A DNA stretch of 39,274 bases. Source: SAR86 cluster bacterium. Its GTDB lineage: Bacteria > Pseudomonadota > Gammaproteobacteria > Magnimaribacterales > D2472. Of this stretch, positions 37,124 through 39,274 are shown piece after piece; the first letter of the stretch is position 1; every line of letters begins with the position of its first letter. The notes beneath the pieces were generated by a model. It searched no databases. It saw only the letters and a program-made list of their open reading frames with translations, and had not been told where the DNA came from. The translations under genes and the position numbers were made by a program. The stretch lies in NCBI GenBank assembly GCA_003331565.1, contig QOPE01000002.1, forward strand, positions 1-39,274, given 5' to 3'.

Positions 37124-37687
37124 ATGACTGAAGTAGAAATAATCTTAATACGTCATGGTGAAGCAGCATCTAGTTGGGGTGATGATCCAGATCCTGGATT
37201 ATCTAATCTTGGCAAAAACCAAGCCGAGGCAGTAAAAGAAAACCTTGAATCCTTTAAAAGCCAAAATTTCCAGTTAATCTCAAGCCCAAAAAAAAGAGCA
37301 ATTGAGACAGCCCAACCTTCTTCGTTGGATTGGAGAAGCGAGGTCAAAATAGATGATGCATTTTCTGAAATACCTGCCTCAAATATAAAGCTTGAAAGAA
37401 GAATGGAATGGTTAAAATCCATGATGAATATGGATATTACAATGTTGCCTGAGGACGTCAAAGAATGGAGATCAAGAATTATAGAAAAGCTAATAAATAT
37501 CAAATCAAATTCAATAATTTTCTCTCACTTTATGGTAATTAATGTGGTTATTGGTTATGTAAAAAATCATCCCATACTTTTGAATATGTATCCTGATAAT
37601 GGATCTCTGACTAAAATAAAAGTTTCTAATGGAAAAATTTCTTTAATCGAAATTGGGAATGAAAAAAATACCAAAATAAATACATAA
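37124..37687 (+). CDS. Histidine phosphatase superfamily protein (SixA/PGAM-like)
   Basis: The RHG catalytic motif is in IILIRHGEAASSW. LSNLGKNQA, and a second His in IFSHFMVI. Confidence 0.7.
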   Translation: MTEVEIILIRHGEAASSWGDDPDPGLSNLGKNQAEAVKENLESFKSQNFQLISSPKKRAIETAQPSSLDWRSEVKIDDAFSEIPASNIKLERRMEWLKSMMNMDITMLPEDVKEWRSRIIEKLINIKSNSIIFSHFMVINVVIGYVKNHPILLNMYPDNGSLTKIKVSNGKISLIEIGNEKNTKINT

Positions 37688-37742
37688 TTAGGTTGAGCAT
37701 TTTTTAATCAATAGTAAACTTACTACTCAGTAAATTTATATC

Positions 37743-38006
37743 GTGATAAACAAAAAGTTGCTTAATCCGCAAACCAAAAAACCCCTTAGCGAACAGGTAA
37801 GAAAGGCTATGAAGCGATATTACAAAGAATTAAATTCTGTTGAGCCTATGGGAGTATATGATTTAGTGATGGGTGAAGTTGAACCTGAATTACTCATAGC
37901 AACAATGAAATATACAAATAATAATCAATCACGTGCTGCCAAGATACTCGGCTTGAATCGAGCAACTCTAAGAAAGAAATTGCTGAAGCATAAAATCAAA
38001 TCCTAA
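37743..38006 (+). CDS. fis: Fis-family nucleoid-associated DNA-binding protein
   Basis: GTG start. KPLSEQVRKAMKRYYKEL..VYDLVMGEVEPELL..NQSRAAKILGLNRATLRKKL is collinear with E. coli Fis residues about 24-98. The N-terminus is about 11 aa shorter. Confidence 0.85.
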   Translation: MINKKLLNPQTKKPLSEQVRKAMKRYYKELNSVEPMGVYDLVMGEVEPELLIATMKYTNNNQSRAAKILGLNRATLRKKLLKHKIKS

Positions 38007-38010
38007 AACT

Positions 38011-39274
38011 TATGATTAAAACTGCTTTGATCAGTGTTTCCGACAAATCTGGTTTAGATGCATTGGCCAAAAAGTTAATTGCAAGTGATGTAACAATTAT
38101 TTCTAGTGGCGGTACTTTCAAATACCTTAAATCCATAGGTTGCGATGTCCAAGAGGTTAGTGACTACACGGGTCATCCTGAGATGATGAACGGAAGAGTT
38201 AAAACGCTGCATCCAAAAATTCATGCTGGTATTCTGGCAAATAGAGACGTGCATTTAGATGAGCTTGAATCAATGGGTTACCCTCCCATTGATCTTGTTG
38301 TTGTCAACCTATATCCATTTATCAATACCGTTCAGGGTGGTGCCACTTTTGAAGAAGCTATAGAGAATATTGATATTGGAGGTCCCACAATTATTAGAGC
38401 GGCTGCAAAAAATTTTAAAGACGTCGTCGTATTATCCGATCCTTCTCAATACGAAGATTTTTTGCTCAAGCTAAAGAATAATTCTGTAGATCTGGATTTC
38501 AGAAAATTGTGTGCCGCAAGGGTGTTTAAAAATATGGCGCAATATGATGGTGCAATAAGTAACTATTTAAATTTATCTTCTGATGTTCATTTATTAAATT
38601 CAGATGGATTAAGTCCTGCAACAAAGCTTCGGTATGGAGAAAATCCACATCAGGAAGCCCTACTCTATAAATTTAACTCCATGGGGAGTTTGCAGATTGC
38701 CAATTGTGACATCATTCAAGGCAAGCCTTTATCTTATAACAATATGGTGGATGCTGATGCAGCTTGGGAATGTGTAAAAGAATTTGATGGGCCATCATGT
38801 GTGATTGTTAAACATGCAAACCCATGTGGTGTTGGTAGCTCAGATAATATTCATGAAGCCTATCTTAAGGCCTTTCAAACAGATCCAACTTCAGCATTTG
38901 GAGGTGTTATTGCTGTTAATGGTCAATTAACTCAACAAGTCGCAAAGACAATAATTGAAAATCAATTTTTAGAAATTATAGTTGCAACTGATTATGAAGA
39001 TGATGCTTTAAAAGCCTTTGAATCAAAACCTAATGTAAGGGTTCTTAAGGCAAGTCTCAAAAAAGAGGATCCATATCCGGGCACTCTCAAAAAAATTTCA
39101 GGTGGGGTTTTATGGCAATCAAATGATGATGGAGTACTTAAAAAGCATGAAATAAAAGTTGTTACAAAACGAGTTCCAGCTGAAGATGAGCTAAATGATC
39201 TTTTATTTGCTTGGAAGGTTGCGAAGTTTGTAAAGTCAAATGCCATAGTATTTGCTAAAGATGATCAAACCATT
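38011..39274 (+). CDS. purH: Bifunctional AICAR transformylase / IMP cyclohydrolase (3' end outside window)
   Basis: Not in the ORF track because it runs off the window. ATG at 38011, MIKTALISVSDKSGL...GGTFKYL...NGRVKTLHPKIHAGIL...VVVNLYPF...IDIGGPTIIRAAAKN are classic PurH blocks. Confidence 0.95.

Noticed and set aside
37688-38006. Absence of dusB upstream of fis (a histidine phosphatase gene sits there instead) as a sign of rearrangement or horizontal insertion
   Set aside because: The fis-purH linkage is retained, as in Pseudomonas-type genomes. There are no repeat or mobility signatures, and the composition is like the surrounding DNA. This is most simply gene loss or relocation in a reduced genome.

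Overview
This is a 39.3-kb, visibly AT-rich and very gene-dense chromosomal segment with about 40 protein genes and one tRNA. Most intergenic gaps are under 50 nt. Many genes overlap by 1-15 nt, including shared stop/start junctions TAATG, ATGA and TGATG. The content looks like the core genome of a streamlined gammaproteobacterium: Fis, TolC, ParC/ParE, RpoD/DnaG, and Pseudomonas-like gshB-tonB-ruvX and fis-purH neighbourhoods. A marine SAR86-type origin is only a guess. From left to right the window holds: a PPi-type phosphofructokinase (5' truncated), a DUF2244 membrane protein and argD; thiC-parE-parC as one minus-strand unit; tolC, mutM and coaD; oxyR divergent from a rubredoxin-less rubrerythrin / CCG-domain Fe-S protein / DUF3501 module; a TauD-type dioxygenase plus a Baeyer-Villiger-type flavin monooxygenase; a secreted S9 peptidase, an orphan and a TauE/SafE-type permease; a metH-btuB-cobO-small membrane protein unit; a MAPEG-DUF411-GST-like trio; tRNA(CAT); a YrbL-like kinase-fold protein; the seven-gene minus-strand array rsmE-gshB-tonB-like-ruvX-dnaG-rpoD-pdxH; then a histidine phosphatase, fis and purH (3' truncated). 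I see no CRISPR array, rRNA, transposase or integrase, phage genes or recognisable defence genes. The best candidates for something undescribed are (i) the OxyR-linked erythrin / HdrD-like / DUF3501 triad and (ii) the riboswitch-less B12 salvage unit that ends in an unassigned 163-aa polytopic membrane protein. All family names come from motif recognition by eye and from memory of reference sequences, not from database searches.
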